Shown in pieces: positions 29,392-38,452 of a stretch of DNA of 64,000 nt. The stretch comes from Candidatus Defluviibacillus avedoerensis. Lineage in GTDB: Bacteria > Pseudomonadota > Gammaproteobacteria > Burkholderiales > Burkholderiaceae_C. Location: the NCBI GenBank assembly GCA_016703665.1, contig JADJBS010000006.1, positions 247,033 to 311,032 of the forward strand, in the 5' to 3' direction. The notes below the pieces were generated by a model, which saw nothing but the letters and a program-made list of their open reading frames with translations, was not told the origin of the DNA and did not search any database. The position numbers and the translations under genes are program-made. Each line of letters begins with the position of its first letter. Position 1 is the stretch's first letter.

Positions 29392-30635
29392 CCCAGTATT
29401 ACGACCCACTCGAAACCCGGGAGGCTGTCCAACGCGAGCGCGATCTCCTCGTGAGTCTGCCCGGCCAGGTCGCTTTCGCAAAATCCAAGACAGCCGCCTT
29501 TGGGCAGATCTTGAAGGACGTGAATCCCGCGGATGTCAAAGACCGCGCCACACTTGCCCAGCTTCCGGTGACGCGCAAATATGAATTGTTGGCGCTGCAG
29601 CAAAAACACCGCGCCAGTGATGTGTTTGGCGGCTTTGCCTCCATCGCTTTTGGCCCCAAAATGCCGCGCGTGTTCGCAAGCCCCGGCACCCTGTATGAAC
29701 CTGACAGCACCGGCGTAGACCACTGGCGCATGGCGCGCTCCATGTTTGCGGCGGGCTTTCGATCGGGTGACCTGATTCACAACTGCTTTAGCTACCACTT
29801 TGTGCCCGCTGGTGCCATGATGGAAAGCGGCGCCCACGCACTGGGGGCAACGGTGTTTGCCGGTGGCACGGGCCAGACCGAGCAGCAAGTCCAGGCCATG
29901 GCCGAACTCAAACCCGCAGGCTACATCGGCACACCCAGTTTCCTCAAAATCATCCTTGAAAAAGCCGCCGAGATGGGCGTCGCCCTGCCCAGCGTGAAGC
30001 GTGCGCTCTTTGGCGGCGAGGCTTTCCCCCCCAGCTTGCGTGACTGGTACCTGGCCCATGGTGTTGCGGGCTATCAATGCTATGCCACTGCAGACTTGGG
30101 CCTGATCGCCTACGAGACCGAAGCCCGCGACGGCCTGGTGCTGGACGAAGGCGTCTTGCTCGAAATCGTTCGCCCTGGCACAGGGGACCCGGTGCCTGAG
30201 GGCGAGGTTGGCGAAGTCGTCGTGACCTGCTTCAACCCCGCCTACCCCCTGGTGCGGTTTGGAACCGGTGACCTGTCTGCCATCCTTCCTGGTACCTGCC
30301 CGACTGGGCGAACCAACCAGCGAATCAAAGGTTGGCTTGGCCGCGCGGACCAGACCACCAAAGTGCGCGGCATGTTTGTACATCCTGGCCAAGTGGCAGA
30401 GATTGCGCGTCGTTTCCCTGAAGTGCAAAAGGCACGCTTGGTGGTCAGCGGCGAAATGGCCAACGATGCCATGGCCCTGCACGTGGAGGCATCATCAACG
30501 CCAGAAGGTTTGGCGACACGCATAGCAGATGCGATCCGTGACGTGACCAAGCTGCGCGGTGAGGTGGTGCTGTGCCCGCTGGGCAGCCTGGCCAATGATG
30601 GCAAAGTGATTGAGGACGCCAGAAGCTACAAGTAG
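29388..30635 (+). CDS. Phenylacetate-CoA-ligase-family (PaaK/COG1541-type) adenylate-forming enzyme
   Basis: ATG 29388 overlaps the upstream stop (ATGA). Motifs 'NCFSYHFVPAG', 'YIGTPSF', 'YATADLGLIAYE', 'GWLGRADQTTKVRGMFVHP'. Confidence 0.8.
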   Translation: MTQYYDPLETREAVQRERDLLVSLPGQVAFAKSKTAAFGQILKDVNPADVKDRATLAQLPVTRKYELLALQQKHRASDVFGGFASIAFGPKMPRVFASPGTLYEPDSTGVDHWRMARSMFAAGFRSGDLIHNCFSYHFVPAGAMMESGAHALGATVFAGGTGQTEQQVQAMAELKPAGYIGTPSFLKIILEKAAEMGVALPSVKRALFGGEAFPPSLRDWYLAHGVAGYQCYATADLGLIAYETEARDGLVLDEGVLLEIVRPGTGDPVPEGEVGEVVVTCFNPAYPLVRFGTGDLSAILPGTCPTGRTNQRIKGWLGRADQTTKVRGMFVHPGQVAEIARRFPEVQKARLVVSGEMANDAMALHVEASSTPEGLATRIADAIRDVTKLRGEVVLCPLGSLANDGKVIEDARSYK

Positions 30636-30647
30636 CGGGGATTCATC

Positions 30648-30678
30648 GGTCTTGAGTTACCACTGGTGACACAAGACC
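30648..30678 (+). other. Strong hairpin right after the operon stop codon, with no U tract
   Basis: GGTCTTGAGTTACC-ACT-GGTGACACAAGACC: 14 stem positions with one mismatch and one G-T pair. It starts 13 nt after the TAG at 30633-30635. Confidence 0.4.
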
Positions 30679-30916
30679 GTGACCCGATCAGGTCAATCCA
30701 AAAACGCCAGTTCGGGCGCTCTATCAATCAAGCTAAGCAACACCGGTGCTTTCCCAAGGGCGCTGAGTAGGCCTTTGCCCCATTCAGAATCCGTTTGCAA
30801 ATGACAGGCAAATGGCGGCCTGCTTGAGCACCGATGACGCAGAGACCACAGGCGCCAAGAAGTTTGATGGCACACTGACGTCAATCGCTACTAAAATGAT
30901 AGCAAAAAAGGCCGTA

Positions 30917-31921
30917 CTACTTGCCGGTACCCCCAAATTCATAGTGAACTTCAGCAACCCGACCGCTCACCTCGGGCCAAGTCGGTGGCTCGCATCCGCT
31001 GCGCATCACGTTGATGCTGGCGCAGGACAGCGCATGCTGCAGCAGCACCTGGGCCTTGTCTTCGTCGATGGCGGTCAAGTCCAGCCCGGCACCCTTCGAC
31101 GCATGAAGCAAGGCTGCCAATAGCCCCGCCAGAAAACAGTCTCCAGCACCCACCGTGTCCACGACCTGAACCGCTTCGCGCTCTTTTGCCTGCCAAACCG
31201 CGCCACCGCGCGTGAGCAGGCATGCCCCCTGGGCGCCCAAGGTAAGCACCAAACAATCGGCAACGCTGCTGTGCAACAAGTTGCTCGCTTTGGTCAATGC
31301 CGTGTCGCCAGCGATCTGCAGTGCGTCCAGGTCCTCGTCACTGGCTTTCACGATGTGGGCGAATCCCACTGCGGCCAGCACATTCTGGCGATAGGCCTGC
31401 GCATCGCGCATGGCCACCAGGCGCAAATTGACATCCACCACCACCGTCCTGCCCAGCGCCCGCTGCGCTGTTAGCCAGGGCAGATAGTGGGGGGCATCTT
31501 CAGGGGCCAGTGCCAGACAGCCAGTTGCCACCAACTGCAGCGCAGGATAGGCCGCTGTCTGCGCGTTGAGCGTGGCCGCGTCTACACAGCGGTCTGCCAC
31601 GCCCTCGCGATAAAAAGAATAGGTGGGTTGCCCCTTCGTATCCAGTCCCACCACCGCCATGGCAGTGGATTCTGGTACGGGTGTACTGCAAGCTAAATGC
31701 ACACCGTCTGCGCGCAGTTGCGCAGCCAGTTGCCGCCCCAGGTCGTCTTGTGACAGCGGATTGAGGTAGACGGTACCTACGCCTTGGCGGCTCAAGGCCC
31801 GCGTCAGGTTGTAAACCGCTCCGCCCAGGCATGCGGCGTAACGCCCATCGGGCTGGCGAATCATGTCAATCAAAGCCTCGCCAGCGGTGGCTACTTGGAT
31901 GAAATGATCAGGGTTTTCCAT
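30917..31921 (-). CDS. PfkB-family sugar kinase (fructokinase-like)
   Basis: 'GEALIDM' N-terminal motif and 'VDTVGAGDCFLAGLL' ATP/anion-hole motif. Divergent from the sugar ABC operon. Confidence 0.8.
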   Translation of the reverse strand: MENPDHFIQVATAGEALIDMIRQPDGRYAACLGGAVYNLTRALSRQGVGTVYLNPLSQDDLGRQLAAQLRADGVHLACSTPVPESTAMAVVGLDTKGQPTYSFYREGVADRCVDAATLNAQTAAYPALQLVATGCLALAPEDAPHYLPWLTAQRALGRTVVVDVNLRLVAMRDAQAYRQNVLAAVGFAHIVKASDEDLDALQIAGDTALTKASNLLHSSVADCLVLTLGAQGACLLTRGGAVWQAKEREAVQVVDTVGAGDCFLAGLLAALLHASKGAGLDLTAIDEDKAQVLLQHALSCASINVMRSGCEPPTWPEVSGRVAEVHYEFGGTGK

Positions 31922-32044
31922 AAGTAAATTAACTTGATTTATTTAGTCTCCCGCCAGTATAGTTGGGCTGCTTCGTTCAGTAAAGCGACGCTTAACCCGT
32001 CGCCGAGCCTTGTCCATTCACTTTGATTTCTATTGGAGACTGTC

Positions 32045-33046
32045 ATGAAAATATCCTACGCACCCTTGACCATTTCAACCCTGGCTTTTGCCGTTTCCAG
32101 CGCCTTTGCTGCGGGTGAGCCTGTGATCGGGCTGATCACAAAAACCGAAACAAATCCCTTTTTTGTGAAGATGAAAGAAGGCGCCCAAGCCGAAGCCAAA
32201 AAGATGGGCGCCAAGCTGATCAGCGCCGCAGGCAAGGCAGATGGTGACAACGCTGGCCAGGTGACGGCCATTGAAAACATGGTGGCAGCGGGTGCCAAGA
32301 CCATTCTGATCACACCGAGCGATTCCAAGGCCATCATCCCCAGCATCAAAAAGGCGCAGGCCCAAGGCGTGCAGTTCATCGCACTGGACAGCCCCACCGA
32401 CCCGGTCGAAGGCACCGACGCCCTGTTTGCCACCGACAACTACAAAGCTGGCGTGTTGATTGGCAAGTACGCCAAAGCCGGCATGGGCGGCAAATCCGCC
32501 AAGATCGCCACACTGGACCTGTTCCCTGGCCACCCTGTGGGTGCACAACGCCACAACGGTTTCATGTCTGGCTTTGGCCTGGTGGCGGCTGACGCCAAGA
32601 GCAACGAACTGTCAAAGACCGCAGAAATCGTCTGCATGGCTGACAGTTTTGGCGACCAAGCCAAGGGCCAGACCGCCATGGAAAACTGCTTGCAAAAGAA
32701 CCCGGACATCAACCTCGTCTACACAATCAATGAACCCGCAGCGGCAGGTGCCTACCAGGCGCTGAAGGCGGCCGGCAAAGATAAGGGCGTGATGATCGTG
32801 TCGGTAGACGGCGGCTGTGCGGGCGTCAAGAACGTCAAGGCCGGTGTGATTGCGGCAACCTCTCAGCAGTACCCCCTCAAAATGGCCAGCATGGGTGTGG
32901 CAGCGGGTGTGGAATTTGCCAAGACCGGCAAGAAGGCCAGCGGCTATACCGACACCGGGGTGACGCTGATCACGGACAAACCTCAGAAGGGCGTGGACAG
33001 CAAAGACACCAAAGTGGGCTCGGATCTGTGCTGGGGAAATAAATAA
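32045..33046 (+). CDS. Periplasmic sugar-binding protein (RbsB/FrcB-like)
   Basis: ATG 32045 after GGAG. Signal peptide ending 'VSSAFA'. Type I sugar-binding-protein features. Confidence 0.85.
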   Translation: MKISYAPLTISTLAFAVSSAFAAGEPVIGLITKTETNPFFVKMKEGAQAEAKKMGAKLISAAGKADGDNAGQVTAIENMVAAGAKTILITPSDSKAIIPSIKKAQAQGVQFIALDSPTDPVEGTDALFATDNYKAGVLIGKYAKAGMGGKSAKIATLDLFPGHPVGAQRHNGFMSGFGLVAADAKSNELSKTAEIVCMADSFGDQAKGQTAMENCLQKNPDINLVYTINEPAAAGAYQALKAAGKDKGVMIVSVDGGCAGVKNVKAGVIAATSQQYPLKMASMGVAAGVEFAKTGKKASGYTDTGVTLITDKPQKGVDSKDTKVGSDLCWGNK

Positions 33047-33140
33047 CACCCCTGTTGCGGCTCACTGGCGTGTAGCCGCCCCCCTCGTTTAGGGGGCGTT
33101 CCCAGCGGCCTGGCGAAGCCGGTTCCGCGGGAACTCACGA
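33045..33140 (+). repeat. Structured intergenic repeat, copy A (REP-like double hairpin)
   Basis: Shares 'AACACCCC.GT..CGGCT', 'GGGGGCG', 'CCAGCGGCCTGGC', 'AAGCC' and 'GTTCCGCGG' in the same order with copy B (51784..51870). Hairpin at 33098-33134, with a second stem CGCCCCC/GGGGGCG just upstream. Confidence 0.6.
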
Positions 33141-33217
33141 ACAGTCGCCCGCTTATGCTTCTCTAGCCTAGCTCTGCAGCGCTGGTGGTTGATCGGTGAA
33201 CTGTTCTCATTTAAAGC

Positions 33218-34183
33218 ATGCGTATGACATCCGTCAAAGAAAAACTCCCCCCTATTGGCACGCTCGGGCCAGCGATTGCGCTGGTATTGGCCTGCGTGTT
33301 CTTTGCCAGCCAGAACGAGCGGTTTATGTCCGCAGGCAACTTCTCGTTGATCCTGCAGCAGGTCATGGTTGTGGGTGTGATTGCCATCGGCCAGACACTG
33401 ATTATTTTGACCGCTGGCATTGATTTGTCCTGCGGCATGGTGATGGCGCTGGGCGGCATTGTGATGACCAAGTTCGCAGCAGACTTTGGCCTGCCGGCGC
33501 CGCTGGCCATTTTGTGTGGCATTGGCGTGACCACCCTGTTTGGACTGGTCAACGGCTTGCTGGTCACGCGCATCAAGCTGCCGCCTTTCATCGTGACGCT
33601 GGGCACCCTGAACATTGCGTTCGCCATCACACAGCTGTACTCCAACGCCCAAACGGTCACCGATCTCCCCCCGTTGATGACCGATCTTGGCAGCACGTTC
33701 AAACTGGGCGATACCGCCATTGCGTATGGATCGGTACTGATGCTGGCTCTGTACCTTTGCATGTGGTTCTACCTGAGGGAGACTGCCGCTGGTCGCCATG
33801 TGTATGCAGTGGGCAACAACCCCGAGGCGACGCGCTTGACCGGTATTCCGACAGAACGCGTGCTGCTGGGCGTTTATGTGATGGCAGGCGTGTTCTATGG
33901 CATTGCCTCTTTGCTCTCGGTGGCCCGCACTGGTGTGGGCGACCCCAACGCGGGCCAGACCGAAAACCTGGACGCCATCACCGCCGTGGTGCTGGGTGGC
34001 ACCAGCCTCTTTGGCGGGAGAGGTGTGATCCTGGGCACCCTGGTCGGTGCCATCATCGTTGGTGTGCTGCGCAATGGTCTGACGCTGATGGGGGTGCAAT
34101 CGGTGTACCAGGTGCTGATCACCGGCATACTGGTGATTCTGGCGGTCACGATCGATCAACTCTCACGCAAGGGAGCCAGGTAA
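33218..34183 (+). CDS. Sugar ABC permease (RbsC/FrcC-like)
   Basis: 321-aa polytopic membrane protein in the position and with the composition of ribose-type permeases. Confidence 0.9.
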   Translation: MRMTSVKEKLPPIGTLGPAIALVLACVFFASQNERFMSAGNFSLILQQVMVVGVIAIGQTLIILTAGIDLSCGMVMALGGIVMTKFAADFGLPAPLAILCGIGVTTLFGLVNGLLVTRIKLPPFIVTLGTLNIAFAITQLYSNAQTVTDLPPLMTDLGSTFKLGDTAIAYGSVLMLALYLCMWFYLRETAAGRHVYAVGNNPEATRLTGIPTERVLLGVYVMAGVFYGIASLLSVARTGVGDPNAGQTENLDAITAVVLGGTSLFGGRGVILGTLVGAIIVGVLRNGLTLMGVQSVYQVLITGILVILAVTIDQLSRKGAR

Positions 34184-34185
34184 TC

Positions 34186-34980
34186 ATGCATACCCACTAC
34201 AAAATCGTGATGCAGGCCACCGGCTTGGTCAAGCGCTATGGCCAGGTGACTGCCTTGGATGGCGCTGACTTTGAGCTGCGTTCAGGCGAAATACTCGCAG
34301 TCATTGGCGACAACGGGGCCGGCAAATCCTCGTTGATCAAATGCCTGTCGGGCGCCACCATTCCCGACGAAGGCAACATCACGCTGGATGGCACATCCAT
34401 CCACTTCAAGAGCCCCATGGATGCACGGCGTGCAGGCATTGAGACGGTGTATCAAGACCTGGCGGTCGCACCGGCGATGTCAATTGCAGAGAACCTGTTC
34501 CTGGGCCGCGAATTGCGTCGAGAAGGCTTTGCCGGTAAGGTGCTGCGGATGCTGGACAAGAAGAAGATGCTGGACGAAAGCATTGCACGCATGCAAGACC
34601 TCAAGGTCGGCATCCGCTCGATGACGCAGGCGGTCGAAACCCTGTCGGGTGGTCAACGCCAATGTGTCGCCGTCTCTCGTGCCGCCGCCTTTGCGCAGCA
34701 TGTCGTGATCATGGACGAGCCCACTGCGGCGCTGGGCGTGAAGGAAGGCAACATGGTGCTGGAGCTGATCCGCAGGGTCCGCGACAAGGGCCTGTCTGTG
34801 GTGCTGATCTCGCACAACATGCCCCATGTGTTTGAGATTGCAGACCGCATCCACGTGGCACGACTGGGCAAGCGAGGCTGCGTGCTGAACCCCAAGAACA
34901 TCAGCATGGCAGATACGGTGGCGGTGATGACGGGTGCCGTACAGCCCAACGAGCTGAGTGCCGATTGCCTGGCACACTGA
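34186..34980 (+). CDS. Sugar ABC ATP-binding protein (single-cassette, FrcA-like)
   Basis: ATG 34186 after GGGAG, 2 nt past the permease stop. 'GDNGAGKSS', 'LSGGQRQCVAVSRA', 'VIMDEPTAALG'. The listed 488-aa ORF is this gene plus an out-of-frame upstream run. Confidence 0.9.
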   Translation: MHTHYKIVMQATGLVKRYGQVTALDGADFELRSGEILAVIGDNGAGKSSLIKCLSGATIPDEGNITLDGTSIHFKSPMDARRAGIETVYQDLAVAPAMSIAENLFLGRELRREGFAGKVLRMLDKKKMLDESIARMQDLKVGIRSMTQAVETLSGGQRQCVAVSRAAAFAQHVVIMDEPTAALGVKEGNMVLELIRRVRDKGLSVVLISHNMPHVFEIADRIHVARLGKRGCVLNPKNISMADTVAVMTGAVQPNELSADCLAH

Positions 34981-34985
34981 GCCGC

Positions 34986-36194
34986 ATGATGACACCCGTT
35001 GCCTCCCGCCCCATGCTGCGCGCGCGCGGGTCTAATCATGTTGGCATGCGCCAATTCAATGAGCGCGTCGTGCTACAAAGCCTTCGCCAACATGGTGCTT
35101 TGCCCAAGGCGGAACTCGCACGCTTAACCGGCCTTACGGCCCAGACCATTGGATTGATCACCGCCAGGCTGGATGAAGATGAGCTTCTTATCAGGCATGA
35201 GCCAGTGCGAGGTCGCATCGGTCAGCCTTCCGTTCCGATGGCGTTAAACCCAGACGGTGCATTCTCCATTGGCATCAAGGTCGGTCGGCGAAATACCGAC
35301 TGGCTTTTGATCGACTTCACCGGTCAGGTGCGCGACCGCTTGACACTGTCGTATGCCTTTCCGGATGCCAAAACTTTGCTGCCGGTGCTTGGCAAGAATC
35401 TGGCTCAACTGCAGCAAAGCCTGGGCCCTTTGGCGTCGAGGCTTGTGGGTGTGGGTGTGGCAGCACCTTTTCGCATGGGTGGCTGGCACAGGATGCTGGG
35501 ATTGTCTGAGGCACAAAGCAACACCTGGAACGAACTGGACTTACGCCAGGAAGTTCAGGCTTTGACCGATCTTCCTGTGAGCTTTGTCAAGGACGCCTCT
35601 GCCGCTTGTGTGGCCGAGCTGGTTGCTGGCCGCGGGCGCGACCTGAAGACTTTCTTGTACATCTTCATCGATACCTTTGTGGGCGGTGGGCTTGTCATCA
35701 ATTCCCGCCTGCACGGAGGCCTGCACGGCAACGGTGGTGCGGTGGCTTCATTGCCCACGCAAATGGCACAGGCTGGGCAACCGCCCGATCAACTGCTGGC
35801 ACATGCTTCACTTTGGGAGCTGGAGCAGCGCTTTGTCGCGCGCGGGCTGGACGCAACGGCAGCGTATGACGACCGGGCCTTACTGCCCCCTTTTTCGACC
35901 GAGACAGCCGCCTGGACTCAACACTGTGCCGAGGCACTGGCCCACACCATCATCAGTGCAACGGCCTTGCTTGACTTGGAAGCCGTGGTGATCGACGGCT
36001 CTGTATGCCGCGCGCTATTGAAGCAACTCACCCAGCAAACCCATACGGCACTTGGCCACTACAATTGGGAAGGCTTGTGGCCGACTACGCTGGTCGAAGG
36101 CAGCATTGGCTCTGACGCGCGGGCCCTCGGTGGCGCATTGCTGCCATTGCACGCCAACTTTGCACCTGACCACGATTTGTTCCTCAAGTCATAG
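34986..36194 (+). CDS. ROK-family transcriptional regulator
   Basis: N-terminal wHTH 'LPKAELARLTGLTAQTIGLITARL' followed by a ROK sugar-kinase-like fold. The start is uncertain (34965/34986/35045). Confidence 0.8.
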   Translation: MMTPVASRPMLRARGSNHVGMRQFNERVVLQSLRQHGALPKAELARLTGLTAQTIGLITARLDEDELLIRHEPVRGRIGQPSVPMALNPDGAFSIGIKVGRRNTDWLLIDFTGQVRDRLTLSYAFPDAKTLLPVLGKNLAQLQQSLGPLASRLVGVGVAAPFRMGGWHRMLGLSEAQSNTWNELDLRQEVQALTDLPVSFVKDASAACVAELVAGRGRDLKTFLYIFIDTFVGGGLVINSRLHGGLHGNGGAVASLPTQMAQAGQPPDQLLAHASLWELEQRFVARGLDATAAYDDRALLPPFSTETAAWTQHCAEALAHTIISATALLDLEAVVIDGSVCRALLKQLTQQTHTALGHYNWEGLWPTTLVEGSIGSDARALGGALLPLHANFAPDHDLFLKS

Positions 36195-36313
36195 AAGTCA
36201 GGCAGGCCATGGCTGCGGAATTCCGGCAATCTAAGTAGTTCCCGCGATGGCGCCCCGAGTGCAACTGGCTACGATTCAACGACTATTTTGATTGAATCAC
36301 CAATGGAGCACAC

Positions 36314-37297
36314 ATGATGAAGTTGAAGCTGTTGACACTCGGGCTGATCGCCACCGCCACGACGGCCTTTGCTGCGGACTTTCCAATCAAGGACAAACCC
36401 GTCACCATCGTTGTCCCCTTCACCGCTGGCGGCCCAACCGACCGCGTGGCGCGCGATCTGGCCGAGGCCATCCGCGCGCCGCTGGGTGCGACCGCGGTCG
36501 TGATCGAAAACGCCGCAGGCGCAGGCAGTTCCATCGGCTCCAACAAGGTGGCCAAGGCCAACCCCGATGGTCATACCTTGCTGCTGAACCACATCGGTAT
36601 GGCTACCATGCCCAGCCTGCTGCGCACCATGCCCTTCAAAGTAGAGACTGATTTTGAATACCTGGGCCTGATCAACGAAGTCCCGATGACATTGGTTGGC
36701 AAGCCCACACTGCCTGCCAACAACTACAAAGAGCTGACTGCCTGGATCAATGCCAACAAGGGCAAGATCAATTTGGGCAATGCAGGCACTGGCTCTGCCT
36801 CACACCTGTGTGGTTTGCTGTTCCAATCTGCCCTGCAAGTGGACATGACCACGATCCCCTATAAAGGCACAGCCCCTGCCATGAACGATTTGCTGGGCGG
36901 CCAGATTGACTTGATGTGTGATCAGACCACCAACACCACTGGCCAGATTGAAGCCAAAAAGATCAAGGCCTATGCCGTCACCACGACCAAGCGACTGACC
37001 ACACCCTCACTCAAAGACCTGCCGACGCTGGCTGAGTCGGGTGTCAAGGATTTCCAGGTCGCGATCTGGCACGGTCTGTACGCGCCCAAAGGCACGCCTG
37101 CTGATGTGCTGACAAAAATCAATGCCGCCCTCAAAACGGCCATGAAAGACCCTGGTTTTATCAAAAAGCAAGAAGGCCTGGGGGCAGTGATCGTCACAGA
37201 CAAGCGACTGGAGCCAGCCGAACACAAGAAATACGTGGCGTCTGAGATCGCCAAATGGAGCCCAATCATCAAGGCCGCTGGCGTTTACGCCGACTAA
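36314..37297 (+). CDS. Bug-family (TctC-like) tripartite tricarboxylate transporter substrate-binding protein
   Basis: Signal peptide 'MMKLKLLTLGLIATATTAFA' and 'PVTIVVPFTAGGPTDRVAR', the hallmark Bug N-terminal block. Confidence 0.85.
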   Translation: MMKLKLLTLGLIATATTAFAADFPIKDKPVTIVVPFTAGGPTDRVARDLAEAIRAPLGATAVVIENAAGAGSSIGSNKVAKANPDGHTLLLNHIGMATMPSLLRTMPFKVETDFEYLGLINEVPMTLVGKPTLPANNYKELTAWINANKGKINLGNAGTGSASHLCGLLFQSALQVDMTTIPYKGTAPAMNDLLGGQIDLMCDQTTNTTGQIEAKKIKAYAVTTTKRLTTPSLKDLPTLAESGVKDFQVAIWHGLYAPKGTPADVLTKINAALKTAMKDPGFIKKQEGLGAVIVTDKRLEPAEHKKYVASEIAKWSPIIKAAGVYAD

Positions 37298-37316
37298 GTC
37301 TGAGGTTTTCTCATTG

Positions 37317-37351
37317 GCCGCCGCAGCTCGAAGTTGCGGCGGCTTTTTTTT
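37317..37351 (+). terminator. Rho-independent terminator
   Basis: GCCGCCGCA-N9-TGCGGCGGC followed by T8. Confidence 0.8.
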
Positions 37352-37420
37352 GCTCAGCGTTTTCCTTGGTCACACCGCAGGCGCATCCCAGGCACAATCA
37401 ATCAAATACTGGAGACCCTC

Positions 37421-38452
37421 ATGACGCAAATCACCCCATCCTTCCTGTCGTTTCGACATATTCGACGGACTTTTATGGCTGCCTTGTTTGTAGCAATTGG
37501 CTTGACAACTCCCCTTTTGCACGCGCAAACGACCTGGCCCAACAAACCCGTGCGCATCGTTGTGCCGTTTGCACCCGGCGGCACCACAGACATCCTGGCA
37601 CGAGCGATGGCCCCCGAACTGGCCAAAGCGTTCGGGCAATCATTCGTAGTCGAAAACCGGGCCGGAGCCGCAGGCAATCTGGGTGCAGACATCGTGGCCA
37701 AATCCGCACCGGACGGCTACACCTTGCTCATGGGCACCGTAGGCACCCATGGCATTAACAAAGCCTTGTACGAGAAAATGCCCTACGACCCGGTGAAGGA
37801 CTTCGCGCCCATCACCCTGATCGCCGGTGTGCCCAATGTGATGGCGATGAATGCCGACAAGGCACGCATCAACAACATCAACACCGTGCAGGATTTCATC
37901 CAGTATGCCAAGCGCAACCCAGGGCGTATCAACATGGCATCAAGCGGCAGCGGTACCTCGATTCACCTGGCCGGCGAAATGTTCAAAAGCATGACGGGGG
38001 TCTTCATGACGCACATTCCCTACCGTGGCTCAGGCCCTGCATTGCTGGACTTGGTGGGGGGTAACATCGACATCATGTTTGACAACCTGCCGTCGGCCAT
38101 TCCCCACATCAAGGCCGGCAAGCTCAAGGCATTGGCGGTGACCAGCGCCCAGCGTTCGTCCGCCTTGTCAGAAACACCCACAGTTGAGCAAGCCGGTGGT
38201 CCGGCACTCAAAGGCTACGAGGCCAGCTCCTGGTTTGGACTGCTCGCACCTGCCAACACACCAGCTGACATCGTGAACCGTATTCAGGTGGAAGCCGCCA
38301 AGTCGCTCAGCTCCCCTGCGATCCGCGAAAAACTGCTTGCTCAGGGCGCCATTCCCGGGGGTAACACGCCTGCTGAGTTCGCGAAGATGATTGATGCCGA
38401 AATCGCCAAATGGGCTACCGTGGTCAAGGCGTCTGGCGCCAAAGTCGATTGA
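37421..38452 (+). CDS. Bug-family (TctC-like) substrate-binding protein, second copy
   Basis: ATG 37421 after GGAG. '[19 protein letters not shown]'. The listed start at 37334 lies inside the upstream terminator. Confidence 0.85.
   Translation: MTQITPSFLSFRHIRRTFMAALFVAIGLTTPLLHAQTTWPNKPVRIVVPFAPGGTTDILARAMAPELAKAFGQSFVVENRAGAAGNLGADIVAKSAPDGYTLLMGTVGTHGINKALYEKMPYDPVKDFAPITLIAGVPNVMAMNADKARINNINTVQDFIQYAKRNPGRINMASSGSGTSIHLAGEMFKSMTGVFMTHIPYRGSGPALLDLVGGNIDIMFDNLPSAIPHIKAGKLKALAVTSAQRSSALSETPTVEQAGGPALKGYEASSWFGLLAPANTPADIVNRIQVEAAKSLSSPAIREKLLAQGAIPGGNTPAEFAKMIDAEIAKWATVVKASGAKVD

Noticed and set aside
33514-34185. The upstream two-thirds of the listed 488-aa ORF 33514..34980.
   Set aside because: It is out of frame within the sugar permease gene and Arg/Gly/His-rich. 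The real ATPase starts at ATG 34186 after GGGAG, giving a normal 264-aa single-cassette ABC protein.
36237-36259. A possible third, truncated copy of the intergenic repeat (AGTTCCCGCG..GGCGCCCC on the opposite strand).
   Set aside because: Only a 10-mer and an 8-mer match, the central CCAGCGGCCTGGC block is missing, and matches of that size are expected by chance in GC-rich DNA.
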